This document shows, piece by piece, positions 9,378-18,899 of a stretch of DNA of 64,000 nt. The stretch's first letter is position 1. Each line of letters begins with the position of its first letter. The position numbers were made by a program, and so were the translations under genes. The notes beneath the pieces are model-generated. The model was not told the origin of the DNA, searched no databases, and saw only the letters and a list, made by a program, of their open reading frames with translations. The stretch lies in the NCBI GenBank assembly GCA_963738685.1, contig CAVTXK010000002.1, forward strand, positions 1,603,815-1,667,814. Direction: 5' to 3'. This DNA is from an uncultured Chloroflexia bacterium. Its GTDB lineage: Bacteria > Chloroflexota > Limnocylindria > Limnocylindrales > CSP1-4.

Positions 9378-10445
9378 TTGGTCGGGCGTCGTAGATTCGC
9401 GACGATGATCCTCCGAGTCGTCCTCGGACGACTGCCACCCGGAACGGACGCGGCCGCGCTCGTCGAGGTCCGCGGACGGCTCGCCCGCGCCGCACGCGAG
9501 GTGAACGGCCTCGACAGCCTCATCGTCGGGGCTCGTCGCGCTCCTATGGCCGTCTCCACTGAGGACGATGTCGAGGCCCACGCGCTGGCCGATGTCGAGG
9601 CGGCGATCATCACGGTCTGGCGCGACGTCGAATCGATGGTGCGGGCGACCGGGATCGACGAGGAGGACCGGTTCCTCGCGGCGCGCCTGAACCTGCCGTT
9701 CGCGATCGACCGCGCCGTCCACTACGAGATCGTGGGTCGGACGTTCGCGGCGCTGCCGCCAGATGCCACGATGTATCTGCGGATCGTGACGGTCCGGGCA
9801 CGACCCAACGAAGAAGCCCGCCTGATCGAGACGCTGCGGGGGCAACGGGAGCGTCTGGTGGAGCTCGGACTGGTCGCCTCGCACCTCGGCCGCCGGGTGG
9901 ACGGCTCCGAGTGCGAGGCGATCACCGTGGGGGTGTGGCCCGACCGGGCGACCCTCCGGCGGGCGACGCGCGGCGGGCCGGAACGGCCGCTGTTCGAAGA
10001 GGAACTGGCCGACTGGGCCGATCGGTTGCGCCTCGAGACCTACGACGGCATCGAGATCGCCCCGCGCCTGCCGGCCGCGAGCGGACCACCGATCTTCGTC
10101 ATCGACGATGAGATGCGGATCGTGGACATCACGGCGTCCGCGGCAGCCACCCTGGGCTGGGCCGCTGCGGACCTCGTCGGTCGGAGCATGCCGGAGCTGT
10201 CGCGCACCGATCCGGAGGTGTATCGCCGCAACTGGACGACGCTGATCTCGGCGGGGGAGGTGGCCGGGGAAGGCAAGTGGCATGTGCCCGAGGCCGGCCT
10301 GGTCTTCCTCCGCTACATCGCGCGTCGCGACGTGCCGATCAACGGGCGCCACAGCGTGCTGGTCCACCGCTGGAACGAACCCGCCCCCACGGCCGCCGAC
10401 CTGGATGCGGCGCTGGACGCGGCCTTTCCGGGCCGGGTCTCGTAG
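9378..10445 (+). CDS. two ABM/dimeric-alpha-beta-barrel-like domains fused to a C-terminal PAS domain
   Basis: 355 aa. Repeated MILRVVLGRL... and MYLRIVTVRA... modules, then IFVIDDEMRIVDITASAAATLGW...LVGRSM (PAS). The start could be the ATG at 9405. Confidence 0.6.
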   Translation: MVGRRRFATMILRVVLGRLPPGTDAAALVEVRGRLARAAREVNGLDSLIVGARRAPMAVSTEDDVEAHALADVEAAIITVWRDVESMVRATGIDEEDRFLAARLNLPFAIDRAVHYEIVGRTFAALPPDATMYLRIVTVRARPNEEARLIETLRGQRERLVELGLVASHLGRRVDGSECEAITVGVWPDRATLRRATRGGPERPLFEEELADWADRLRLETYDGIEIAPRLPAASGPPIFVIDDEMRIVDITASAAATLGWAAADLVGRSMPELSRTDPEVYRRNWTTLISAGEVAGEGKWHVPEAGLVFLRYIARRDVPINGRHSVLVHRWNEPAPTAADLDAALDAAFPGRVS

Positions 10446-10465
10446 AGGGGCCCGCTCCAGACAGG

Positions 10466-10504
10466 CCGAAGCCCCGCCCCGGTGAAGGGGAGGGGCTTCG
10501 GTTT
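10466..10504 (+). terminator. rho-independent terminator
   Basis: CCGAAGCCCC-g-CCCC ggtgaa GGGG-a-GGGGCTTCGG followed by TTT. Lies 20 nt after the stop at 10445. Confidence 0.65.
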
Positions 10505-10519
10505 GGGCGCGAATCTGGG

Positions 10520-10825
10520 TCAGCGCTTCTGGTTGGTCGGTCGGGTGTTGGCGCCCGTCTGCTGGTCGCCCATGGGTTCCTTGGTGGTGTTGCCCATGTT
10601 GCCCTGGGACTGCGGGTTCGGCTGGCCCTGGTTCTGGCGGCCCTTGTCGCCGTACGTCTCGTCCGGCGAGCGGTCGTCCCAACCCGTGCCCTGAGGCTGC
10701 CCCTGGCCGCTGCCCTGGTTGCCGTGGGTCCCGACCTGGGTCGTGCCCTTGTTCTGGCCACCGGTCTGGTTCTGGCCCTGGTTCTGGCCCTGGTTCTGGC
10801 CCTGGTTCTTGGTCTGGTCACCCAT
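10520..10825 (-). CDS. small Gln/Gly/Asn-rich hydrophilic (probably disordered) protein
   Basis: ATG at 10825 preceded by GGAGGTG at a spacing of 6 nt. MGDQTKNQGQNQGQNQGQNQTGGQNKG... No hydrophobic core. Confidence 0.5.
   Translation of the reverse strand: MGDQTKNQGQNQGQNQGQNQTGGQNKGTTQVGTHGNQGSGQGQPQGTGWDDRSPDETYGDKGRQNQGQPNPQSQGNMGNTTKEPMGDQQTGANTRPTNQKR
10766..10813. repeat. 12-bp tandem repeat CTGGTTCTGGCC (3 perfect + 1 imperfect unit), encoding (GQNQ)n on the minus strand
   Basis: Read directly from the sequence. Confidence 0.9.
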
Positions 10826-10957
10826 GAGCGCACCTCCATGCGGGCGTTTCGGGGGTCGTGGCCAGTCTCGGTGCGAGCGGCCCACAGACGGCTCAACGAC
10901 CATCGTTCCACGGCGTTGCGGTCGCCTTGCGGCTCGCCGGGCTGTCCGTCGGGGTAG

Positions 10958-11698
10958 CTATGGCGTCGTCTCGATCGTGGCGGTGAACTCGCCGGCGGGG
11001 GCCGGACCGTCGAATGTCAGGCGCAGGACATGACCCTGCCCACCCAGCGTGTCGCCCTGACACGCCGGCCGGGTGATCCGCAGGGTCCGGCCGTCGGGGT
11101 CGATCTCGAGCTCGTGGCTCGTGTCGCACACGTTGCCGCCCCAGGTCAGCACGACGGTCGAGGGATCGGCCGGGTCGTTCTCCACCCGCACGGTCTCCGG
11201 CGGCACGTCCACGCCGTCGCCGGGATCACCGGACACCGCCTCGACCAGCGTGAACGACGCGTCGGTGACGTCGATGAAGGCGTCCTGCCCGACGTGCTCG
11301 ATGAGATCGACGCGGGTGGTCTCGGGGTTCGGGCCGACGGTCGGCGCCACCGACGGCGGCACGGCCGACGGTGACGACGACGGCGACGGCGACGGATCCA
11401 CGATCGGCGGGACGACCGCCGGCTGGCGCTGGTCCAACCACCGACCGACCCCGACGCCGGCCAGGGCGACAGCCAGCAGCAGGGCCAATGCGGCGAGGAG
11501 CGGCACCGGCTGCAGCAACCCAGCGAAGCCCGAGGAACTCCCCATCGGGTCGCGGCGGAGCGCACGGAACGGGTCGCGCCGGCGCGGGTGGGCGCGGGCA
11601 TGCGCGAGGGCCACCTCGATCGTGGACTCGGAGGCGCGGCTCGGCCCCTCATCGAAGAAGGCGGCGATCCGCCGGTCGGTGTCGTTGCTCATGGTCAT
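10958..11698 (-). CDS. anti-sigma factor: cytoplasmic N-terminus, one TM helix, Pro/Ser linker, extracytoplasmic domain
   Basis: The ATG at 11698 overlaps the sigma stop (ATGA). MTMSNDTDRRIAAFFDEG..., TM helix LLQPVPLLAALALLLAVALAGVGV, PSPSPSSSPS linker. Confidence 0.65.
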   Translation of the reverse strand: MTMSNDTDRRIAAFFDEGPSRASESTIEVALAHARAHPRRRDPFRALRRDPMGSSSGFAGLLQPVPLLAALALLLAVALAGVGVGRWLDQRQPAVVPPIVDPSPSPSSSPSAVPPSVAPTVGPNPETTRVDLIEHVGQDAFIDVTDASFTLVEAVSGDPGDGVDVPPETVRVENDPADPSTVVLTWGGNVCDTSHELEIDPDGRTLRITRPACQGDTLGGQGHVLRLTFDGPAPAGEFTATIETTP

Positions 11699-12262
11699 GC
11701 CGTGCGCTCCCTGGGGTCGTCGATACGGGCGTCGGCTTCGAGCGCCGCGCGCAGGGCGCGGGTCGCGTAATGGAGTCGGGAGTTGGCCGTGCCGACCGGG
11801 ATCCCGAGGACATCGGCGATCTCGGCTGCGGACTGGCCGCCGTAGTGATGCAGGGTCAGGATCGCGCGCTGCTCGGGCTTGAGGCGGCGAAACCCGCGCT
11901 CGACCTGGTCGCGATCCGCGACCGTAGCCGATGTCGTCGGCCGCTCGGGACGCGTCGGCGTCGTCGGGGAGCAAACGGACCACCGCCCCACCGCCCGGTC
12001 CCCGACGCTCGCGCTTGGCGGCGGCGACGCTGGCCCGCACGATCAATCGATAGCTCCACGCGTCGAACCGGTCGGGATCGCGCAGCCGCGGGAGCTCGTC
12101 CCAGATCGTGACCAGGGTCCCCTGCACCGCGTCCTCCGCCAGGTGGTGGTCGCGCAGGATCCGATAGGCGATCGCGAACAGGCGGTTCGCCGATGCGCGG
12201 ACCAGGGCCTCGAAGGCCTCCTGGTCGCCACGCGCGGCCCCTTCCACGAGTGTTCGCTGCAC
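11695..12262 (-). pseudogene. ECF (group 4) sigma-70 factor, interrupted by an apparent +1 frameshift
   Basis: Region 2 (FEALVRASANRLFAIAYRILRDHHLAEDAVQGTLVTIWDEL...FDAWSYRLI) is in the frame of 10958..12262. Region 4 (LKPEQRAILTLHHYGGQSAAEIADVLGIPVGTANSRLHYATRALR) is in the frame of 11695..11991. The shift lies between 11915 and 11991. Confidence 0.7.
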
Positions 12263-12425
12263 GTTCGGTCGTCTCCTGCGGTCGGTCGTTCGTCGAGTAT
12301 GGGGAACGGCGAGCCGGATTCCTTCAAAGATCGCCGGCTTCGCGGTCTCATGACGTTCTCAGGCAGGACGACTGGAATGGCAGCCATGGACCGCTTCGAC
12401 CAGCACCCCGACGAATCCGACATTC

Positions 12426-13376
12426 GTGCCCCTTACTCCGGTCCGTCCGTCCCCCCCGGGCGGACCGGACCTTCCGGCGACCCGCGCCGGCGAGCCCATC
12501 CCATCCGCGATTCCAACGGCGTCCTCCTCCCGTCCGTTGCGTGGTCGATGGCTCGCCGGCGTCCTCGCCGTGTCGATGCTGTCGGCCGTCGTGGGATCGG
12601 TGGGCACCGTGGGGTTGCTCACCGGGATCGGCGCCACGGACCCGGGAACCGGCACGACCGGCGTGACCGGTACGACCACCGGCGCGACGACGGGCACCAC
12701 GACGTCACCCGTCGACATCACCGCCTCGGACGCGGTGGTCGCCGTGGCCGAATCGGCCAGCCCGGCCGTCGTGACCATCACGGTCGGATCGGCCGGCAAC
12801 GAGGGCTTCGGGCCGTATTCCGTCCCATCGACCGGCGTCGGATCGGGCTTCATCTTCGATGACTCCGGGCTCATCCTGACCAACAACCACGTGATCGAGG
12901 GCAGTGACCAGATCACCGTTACGCTCCAGGACGGTTCGGAGCTGGCGGGCACGGTCATCGCCACGGACACCGAGCACGACCTCGCGGTCGTGAAGGTCGA
13001 TACCGCCCAGGACCTGCCGACGATCCCCATCGGGGACGCCGCCGCCCTCAAGGTCGGCCAGCTGGTCATCGCGATCGGCAGCCCGCTCGGCACGTTCACC
13101 GAGTCGGTCACGTCGGGGATCCTGTCGGCCACCGGCCGGACCATCGAGGTCGGTTCCGGGATGAGCCGCCAGACCACCACGATGACCGGGCTCCTGCAGA
13201 CCGATGCGGCCATCAACTCCGGCAATAGCGGCGGGCCGCTGCTCGACGCCTCGGGCGCGGCGATCGGGGTCAACGTCGCCGTCGCCGCGAGTGCGCAGGG
13301 GATCGGCTTTGCCGTCCCGATCGATGCGGCCGCGGCCGTCATCGCCGAGGCCCGCTCGGCGGCGGGGATCGCATAG
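12426..13376 (+). CDS. HtrA-like trypsin-fold serine protease (S1C) with an N-terminal TM anchor and no PDZ domain
   Basis: 316 aa. TNNHVIEG (His), DLAVVKV (Asp), GNSGGPLLD (Ser). The start is uncertain (GTG at 12426; an out-of-frame ATG at 12386). Confidence 0.85.
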   Translation: MPLTPVRPSPPGGPDLPATRAGEPIPSAIPTASSSRPLRGRWLAGVLAVSMLSAVVGSVGTVGLLTGIGATDPGTGTTGVTGTTTGATTGTTTSPVDITASDAVVAVAESASPAVVTITVGSAGNEGFGPYSVPSTGVGSGFIFDDSGLILTNNHVIEGSDQITVTLQDGSELAGTVIATDTEHDLAVVKVDTAQDLPTIPIGDAAALKVGQLVIAIGSPLGTFTESVTSGILSATGRTIEVGSGMSRQTTTMTGLLQTDAAINSGNSGGPLLDASGAAIGVNVAVAASAQGIGFAVPIDAAAAVIAEARSAAGIA

Positions 13377-13435
13377 GGCGCGCTGCCCCCAGTCAGGGCC
13401 GAATCGCGGGTTCGGGGCATACTGCACCGATCCTC

Positions 13436-14334
13436 ATGCTTGACTCCGCGTCCCCGCTCCGTCCTCGTCGCGCCCTCGTCGCCTTCCTCATTGCGGCCCT
13501 GACCGTCGTCGCGTGCCAGCCGGGCGACCCTGGGGCACCGACCTCCGCGGCCACGATGGCGGTGGCACCGACCGGAGAGCCGACACCGACCGGAGAGCCG
13601 ACACCGACCGGAAAGCCGGCACCGAGCGATGACGGCGCGACGGCGGGCGAGCCCGGTCCGAGCGCGACCGTCGACCCGGCACCGACCGCCACCGCAACGC
13701 CCACGCCACTCCCGGAGGTCGCCGAAGCCGACCCCGAGCCCTTCGCGATGAACCTGTTCCGCAGGGGCGACTTCGTGGCGCAGTACACCTTCGAGTGGTG
13801 CGTCGGGGCCAGCCTGCAGATGGCCCTCAACATGGCCACCGACCGATCGCGCACGACCCGGGCCGACCAGCGAGACCTCTGGGAGGCGGCCCGCGACCAG
13901 AGCTTCAGCCCGTTCGGCGGCGCCAATCCGCGCGGCTGGACCGCGGTGCTCAACGACCTGGGGATCGGCCCCTACGAGCTGGTGTCGCTCCCGACGTTCG
14001 ACGACGCCATGACTGCCGCGGCCGAGGCGATCCGGGCCACCAAGCGGCCCGTCGGCCTCGTGATGTGGCGCGGCCGGCATGCCTGGGTCATGAGCGGCTT
14101 CGAGTCGACCGCCGACCCCCGGACCTTCGATGACGTTCGATGTCACCGGGATCCGGGTCCTGGACCCGCTGTATCCGCACGGCAGCTCCGTCTGGGGCAA
14201 CAGCCCGAAACCGAACAGCCTCGTCTCGCCCGACGACGCTGGCCAAGCAGTTCGTCCTGCGCGACAGCACCCGGGTCAACCTCGGCGTGCCGCCCGGCTA
14301 CCTGCTCGTGCTGCCCGTCGCCGCCGAGGCCTGA
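13436..14334 (+). pseudogene. lipoprotein with papain/C39-like cysteine-peptidase domain, two apparent +1 frameshifts
   Basis: Lipobox LTVVAC, (PTGEPT)n linker, EWCVGASLQMALNM (Cys) and GRHAWVMSGF (His). Continues as FDVTGIRVLDPLYPHGSSVWGN (frame of 14130) and LAKQFVLRDSTRVNLGVPPGYLLVLPVAAEA* (frame of 14140). Confidence 0.55.
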
Positions 14335-14473
14335 CGCGCGCCCGCCTCGCGACTGCAACACGGTCGTCACGCGCCGGGCGACCGGAGCGCGTCTCCCGCA
14401 TCGCCGCCGTCCGTACGGTGTCGCCGACCCCCAGGACGACAACCACCACAGCGACGGCAAGGGGAGGGCCCAC

Positions 14474-14983
14474 ATGAGCGAGGCGAAGTACGGCGACGAG
14501 TTCATCACGCACGAGTTCGATGAGGCGATCGCGATCCAGCAGGCCATCGTCGATGGTGGGGAGAAGCTGAGCACCGCGCACGCCCGGTCGGAGTCGAAGC
14601 GACTCATCAAGACCGCGCTCCGCGAGGACGAGAAGTACCTCCGCGAGCTGCGGCGGCTCGGCAGGAAGCACGACGCGACCGGCAAGCTCGAGGGTGTCGC
14701 GCTCGCGCTCAAGGAGTTGATGGACGAGACGGCCCAGAGCGCCGCCGAAGCACCGAGCGAGTCCTACGAGGCGCACGCGGTGCTGATCAATCTCAAGCGC
14801 AAGCAGCAGGACTCGGCCGCCGCGATGCTCAAGATCGCGCGCGAGCAGAAGGACACCGAGCTGCGCGACGCAGCGACCGAATTCGGGAAGGCGACCAAGG
14901 CCAGCGCCCAGGAGCTGGCCGATGATCTCGCCCTGTTCGCGGTCGAGATCGCCATGATGCAACCGACCCAGGCCCGCGCCTGA
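14474..14983 (+). CDS. all-helical hypothetical protein (possibly ferritin-like/DUF892-like)
   Basis: ATG at 14474 after an AAGGGGAGGG RBS. 169 aa, rich in E/K/A heptad-like helices. A strong terminator follows. Confidence 0.5.
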   Translation: MSEAKYGDEFITHEFDEAIAIQQAIVDGGEKLSTAHARSESKRLIKTALREDEKYLRELRRLGRKHDATGKLEGVALALKELMDETAQSAAEAPSESYEAHAVLINLKRKQQDSAAAMLKIAREQKDTELRDAATEFGKATKASAQELADDLALFAVEIAMMQPTQARA

Positions 14984-14999
14984 ACCAGCCCGCGGATCC

Positions 15000-15033
15000 C
15001 AACGGCCCCTCCCGGCTACGGGAGGGGCCGTTG
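15000..15033 (+). terminator. rho-independent terminator
   Basis: 14-bp perfect stem CAACGGCCCCTCCC / GGGAGGGGCCGTTG with loop GGCTAC, then a T-containing tail. Confidence 0.65.
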
Positions 15034-15115
15034 TCGTTCGTGCTCCTTCGCGTGACCCCATGCGGTGAGCGTGGCGGGCGCACCCGCGTGACGCGATCGC
15101 GGGCAGCCGGTACCG

Positions 15116-16399
15116 TTGCGCGGTGCTGCCCCACGTCTCCCTGCCGCGTTGGTCGTGAACCCGCGGCGCGCCAGATCGCTCATCGCCGTGGCGGTCTCTG
15201 CGATCCTGATCGCCGGCGCGTGCGGGACGGTCACCCCGAATGAGTCCGACGCGGCCGTGACCGAACCGAGCACCCCACCGGCCACGGTCCGCCCCACGAT
15301 CGTGCCGATCCCCGGCCACGAGGTCTACGGCTTCCTCCCGTACTGGGAGATGGACGACGCGATCGTCGAGCACGTCGGCGCGACCGACCTGACGACCCTT
15401 GCCCTGTTCTCCGTCACGCATCGACGCGATGGCGAGCTGGACGACGCCCAGAACGGCTACAACCAGATCACCGACGGGCTCGGGCGCGAGATCATCCGGG
15501 CCGCCCAGGATCGGGGCACCCGGGTCGAGCTGGTGTACACGAGTTTCGGCGCCGGCAAGAACCGCCAGTTCTACACGGAGCCCGAGGCCCAGGAGCGCTG
15601 GATCGAGGTGCTCGTCGATCTCGTCGTGGAGCTCGGGCTCGATGGCATCAACGTCGACGTCGAGAGCCTGCCGCAGGAGCATGTGCTCGACTACGGCGCA
15701 TTCGTCGGTCGGTTGCGCGAGGCCCTTCGCGCGTGGCTGCCCGATGGGCAGGTGTCGGTCGCGACGCAGGCCAACCAGACCGGCGCCGCGATGGCGGCGG
15801 CGGCCGCCGCGGCCGGGGCCGACCGCATCTTCCTCATGGGGTACGACTACCACTGGGCGGGTTCAGAGCCCGGCGCCTCAGCGCCGATCGACCGGATCGA
15901 TGGGGAGGAGCGGGACCTCATCTGGTCGCTCGACCTCTACGGAGCGCTGGGCGTGCCGGTCGACCGGACGATCCTGGGGCTGCCGCTGTACGGCATGACC
16001 TGGCCGGTCATCGGTCCGGGGGTCGGGTCGCCCTCCACGGGACGCGGCGACGCGTGGGTCCCGCGGCGCAACCTGGACGTGATCGCGGATCCGTCGTTCG
16101 AGCCGCTGTTCGAGCCGGTCCAGAGCGTCGAGTTCTACGCCGTCCCGACCGATGGAGCAGCGTCGGCGTCACCGTTGAGTAGCGGCTCCCCGTCCGCCTC
16201 CGACGAGGCCGTGCCGCGGACCGAGGCGTGGACCGCGGTCTATTACGACTCGCCCCGGAGTCTCGCCCCGAAACTCGCCCTGGCCGACGAGCGCGGCCTG
16301 GCCGGTGCTGGCTTCTGGGCCATCGGCTACGAGCGTGGCCTGCCCGACTACACCGAGCTGATCGCCACGTTCCGAGCCGGCGACATCGCGGCGCCCTGA
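15116..16399 (+). CDS. GH18 glycoside hydrolase-like lipoprotein (chitinase/spore-cortex-lytic type)
   Basis: 427 aa. Lipobox LIAGAC. GH18 catalytic motif LDGINVDVE (DxxDxDxE). MGYDYHW. Confidence 0.8.
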   Translation: MRGAAPRLPAALVVNPRRARSLIAVAVSAILIAGACGTVTPNESDAAVTEPSTPPATVRPTIVPIPGHEVYGFLPYWEMDDAIVEHVGATDLTTLALFSVTHRRDGELDDAQNGYNQITDGLGREIIRAAQDRGTRVELVYTSFGAGKNRQFYTEPEAQERWIEVLVDLVVELGLDGINVDVESLPQEHVLDYGAFVGRLREALRAWLPDGQVSVATQANQTGAAMAAAAAAAGADRIFLMGYDYHWAGSEPGASAPIDRIDGEERDLIWSLDLYGALGVPVDRTILGLPLYGMTWPVIGPGVGSPSTGRGDAWVPRRNLDVIADPSFEPLFEPVQSVEFYAVPTDGAASASPLSSGSPSASDEAVPRTEAWTAVYYDSPRSLAPKLALADERGLAGAGFWAIGYERGLPDYTELIATFRAGDIAAP

Positions 16400-16562
16400 C
16401 CTCAGGGGAATAGCCGCGTCGCCCAGGGACGCCTGATTGCAATCCGCCTGCAAGGCCGGCGCCCGCATGGTCGAGGCGGCCAACGAGCCGGGCTGACTAC
16501 GCTGGTTCGAGGTCGTCGCCCGGGCCGATATCCCGCCCGTGTGCGTGGCAGGAGGACCAACG

Positions 16563-17884
16563 ATGGACACTTCGCGCATCACGTGGCGCGTTCTCGCGCT
16601 GTTCGCCGCCCTGAGCCTGGCGATCGCCGCGTGTGGCACCAATGACGGGTCCGGCGCCGTGGGCGGTAGCGCCGCGGCACCCAGTTCGGATGCCGGCGCC
16701 GGAGCCTCCGGCGCCTCGGCCGAGCCCTCCGCCGCAGCAAACCTGAGCGGCGAACTGACCGTGTGGGCCATGGGCAACGAAGGCACCAAGCTCCAGGTCA
16801 TGGCCGACAAGTTCATGGCCGCCAACCCGGGCGTCACGGTCAGCGTCACCCCGGTCGACTGGGGCCAGGCCGTCGCCAAGCTGCAGACCGCCATCGGTGG
16901 CGGCGAGACGCCGGACGTCAGCCAGATGGGCACCGACATGATGGGCCAGTTCGTCGAGACGGGCGCCCTCGAACCGGTCGGCGCCGGCATCGACCCGAGC
17001 GTGTTCTTCGAGAGCGCCTGGCAGACCGGCGTGGTCGATGGCCAGGCGTACGGCGTGCCGTGGTACGTCGAGACGCGCGTCCTCTACTACCGGACCGACG
17101 TCGCCGAGAAGGCCGGGATCACGGCCGCCCCGACCACCTGGGACGAGCTCATGACGATGGCCAAGGCGATGCAGTCCCAGGGCGGCGCCGAATGGGGCAT
17201 CGCGCTCGGGACCAAGAACGGGCAGGAGTACCTGCCGTTCGTCTGGTCGAACGGCGGTGACGTCCTCGGCGAGGACGGCGCCTTCACGCTCGATTCCCCG
17301 CAAGCGGTCGAAGCGCTCACGTATCTACGACTCGTTCTTCGAGGAGGGCCTGACGCCGAAGTCGGTCCCGGAAGGCTTCGACATCACGCCGGCCTTCGTG
17401 GCCGGCACCCACCCGATGTTCTTCTCCGGGCCGTGGCACCTCGGCCTCATCACGGAGGCCGGTGGCGCCGACATCGAGGGCAAGTGGGCGATCGCCCCGA
17501 TGCCGAAGAAGGTGACTGGAACGTCCTTCGTGGGCGGCAGCAACCTCGTCGTCTTCAAGGACAGCCCGAACAAGGACGCAGCCTGGGCGTTCGTCCAGTT
17601 CATGGCCGACCCGGCGAACCAGGTCGCCTGGTACGAGGAGGCGACCGTGCTGCCGGCCGTCCAGAGCGCGTGGGAGGATCCTGCCCTCGCCGACGATGCG
17701 AACGTGGCCATCGTTCGGGACGCAGCTCGAGGACACGAAGGCCCCGCCGCCCATCCCGACCTGGAACGAGGTCTCGACCGCGATCAACGACAACCTCGAG
17801 CGGGTCACGACCGGAGATGTGGCCCCCGCGGACGGAGCGAAAGCGATGGAGGACGAAGCCACCGCGATCGGCACGGGCCAGTAG
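16563..17884 (+). pseudogene. sugar ABC transporter substrate-binding lipoprotein, two apparent +1 frameshifts
   Basis: AGGAGG RBS. MDTSRITWRVLALFAALSLAIAACG. Homology continues from the frame of 16539 to the frame of 17257 (YDSFFEEGLTPKSVPEGF...) near 17325, and to the frame of 17696 (SFGTQLEDTKAPPPIPTWNEV...) near 17710. Confidence 0.75.
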
Positions 17885-17886
17885 CC

Positions 17887-18886
17887 ATGGCCCAGCGAGT
17901 TGATCCGGTCGGGCCGCCACGCTCGACCGGATCGGTCCGCGATGCTGCGGCTGCCCCGGCGCTCGCCGGTGCCATGGGCGGCGCGGCCATGCGTCGCGAA
18001 CCGCACATCAGCCTCCGTCAGAACCTCACCGGCTGGGCCTTCGCCTTGCCGTTCGTGGTGATCTTCCTGGTCTTCATGGCCGGGCCGCTGCTCGCATCGC
18101 TGGTGCTGAGCCTGACCGACTTCGGCCTGCGCGACCTGCGCAACCCGCTCGGCGTGAACTTCATCGGGCTCCAGAATTACGTCGAGCTCCTCGGCGACAC
18201 CACCTTCCACAAGGCCCTCGCCAACACCGCCTACTTCGTGATCGTCGGCGTCCCCCTGACCCTGGGTCTCGGCCTGGCGGCGGCGTTGGCGCTGGACCGC
18301 GGCATCCGGCGATTCCGCACCGTGTACCGGGTGGGCTACTACCTGCCGGTGGTCACGAGCATCGTGGCGATCGCCGTGGTCTGGCGGTTCGTGCTCAATC
18401 CCGATTACGGGCTGGTCAACATGACCCTGGGCGCGATCGGATTCGAGGGGCCGGACTGGCTCGGCAATCGAGATCCTGGCCATGCCGTCGCTCATCGTGA
18501 TGGCTGCCTGGCGCAACCTCGGATTCGCGATGGTCCTGTTCCTGGCCGGCCTGCAGACGATCCCGGTCCAGCTCTACGAGGCGGCGTCCATCGACGGCGC
18601 AAGCCGCTGGGCCGCGTTCAAGTCGGTGACCCTGCCGCTGCTCCGACCGACCCTGTTGTTCGCCGTCGTCATCACCACGATCGGGTACCTCCAGGTGTTC
18701 GAGGAGCCATTCGTCATGACCGACGGCGGCCCACTCGACAGCACCCTCTCGATCTCGATGTTCATGTACCAGGAGGGCTTCGAGTTCTTCCACCAGGGCT
18801 ATGCCGCGGCGATCGCCTGGGTCCTGTTCCTGCTCGTTGCCGTCATCGCGGTCGTCCAGTTCCGCGCACTCCGGTCGCAGACGTGA
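17887..18886 (+). pseudogene. sugar ABC transporter permease (MalF/UgpA type), one apparent +1 frameshift
   Basis: LTGWAFALPFVVIFLVFMAGPLL... then the frame of 18482 with the EAA loop LYEAASIDGASRWAAFKSVTLPLLRP. Removing one C at 18475/18476 gives GNRDLAMPSLIVMAAWRN. Confidence 0.75.
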
Positions 18887-18899
18887 CGGAGGTGTACGC

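Noticed and set aside
11915-11991. Programmed +1 ribosomal frameshifting as an explanation for the split genes
   Set aside because: Ten unrelated genes are affected. No shared slippery or shifty-stop motif is visible at the junctions (contexts are CCT, CCC, GGGG, ATCGCTC and others). Single-base removal restores ordinary conserved sequence.
10958-12262. Single 434-aa ORF suggesting a natural sigma::anti-sigma fusion protein
   Set aside because: The middle ~100 residues are Arg/Pro-rich out-of-frame sequence. Sigma region 4 is present intact in the +1 frame and ends with an ATGA overlap onto the anti-sigma start. A frameshifted two-gene arrangement therefore explains it better.
12386-12460. 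An eleventh frameshift at the C7 run (12451-12457) in the 5' end of the HtrA-like gene
   Set aside because: A GTG at 12426 gives a plausible N-terminus in the main frame (Pro-rich cytoplasmic tail then a TM helix). The upstream ATG frame has no recognisable homology, so a shift is not required.
13436-14983. 515-aa ORF joining the lipoprotein to the downstream helical protein
   Set aside because: The central ~110 residues are out-of-frame junk. The lipoprotein's true C-terminus is recovered in two other frames and stops at 14334. The helical protein has its own RBS and ATG at 14474.
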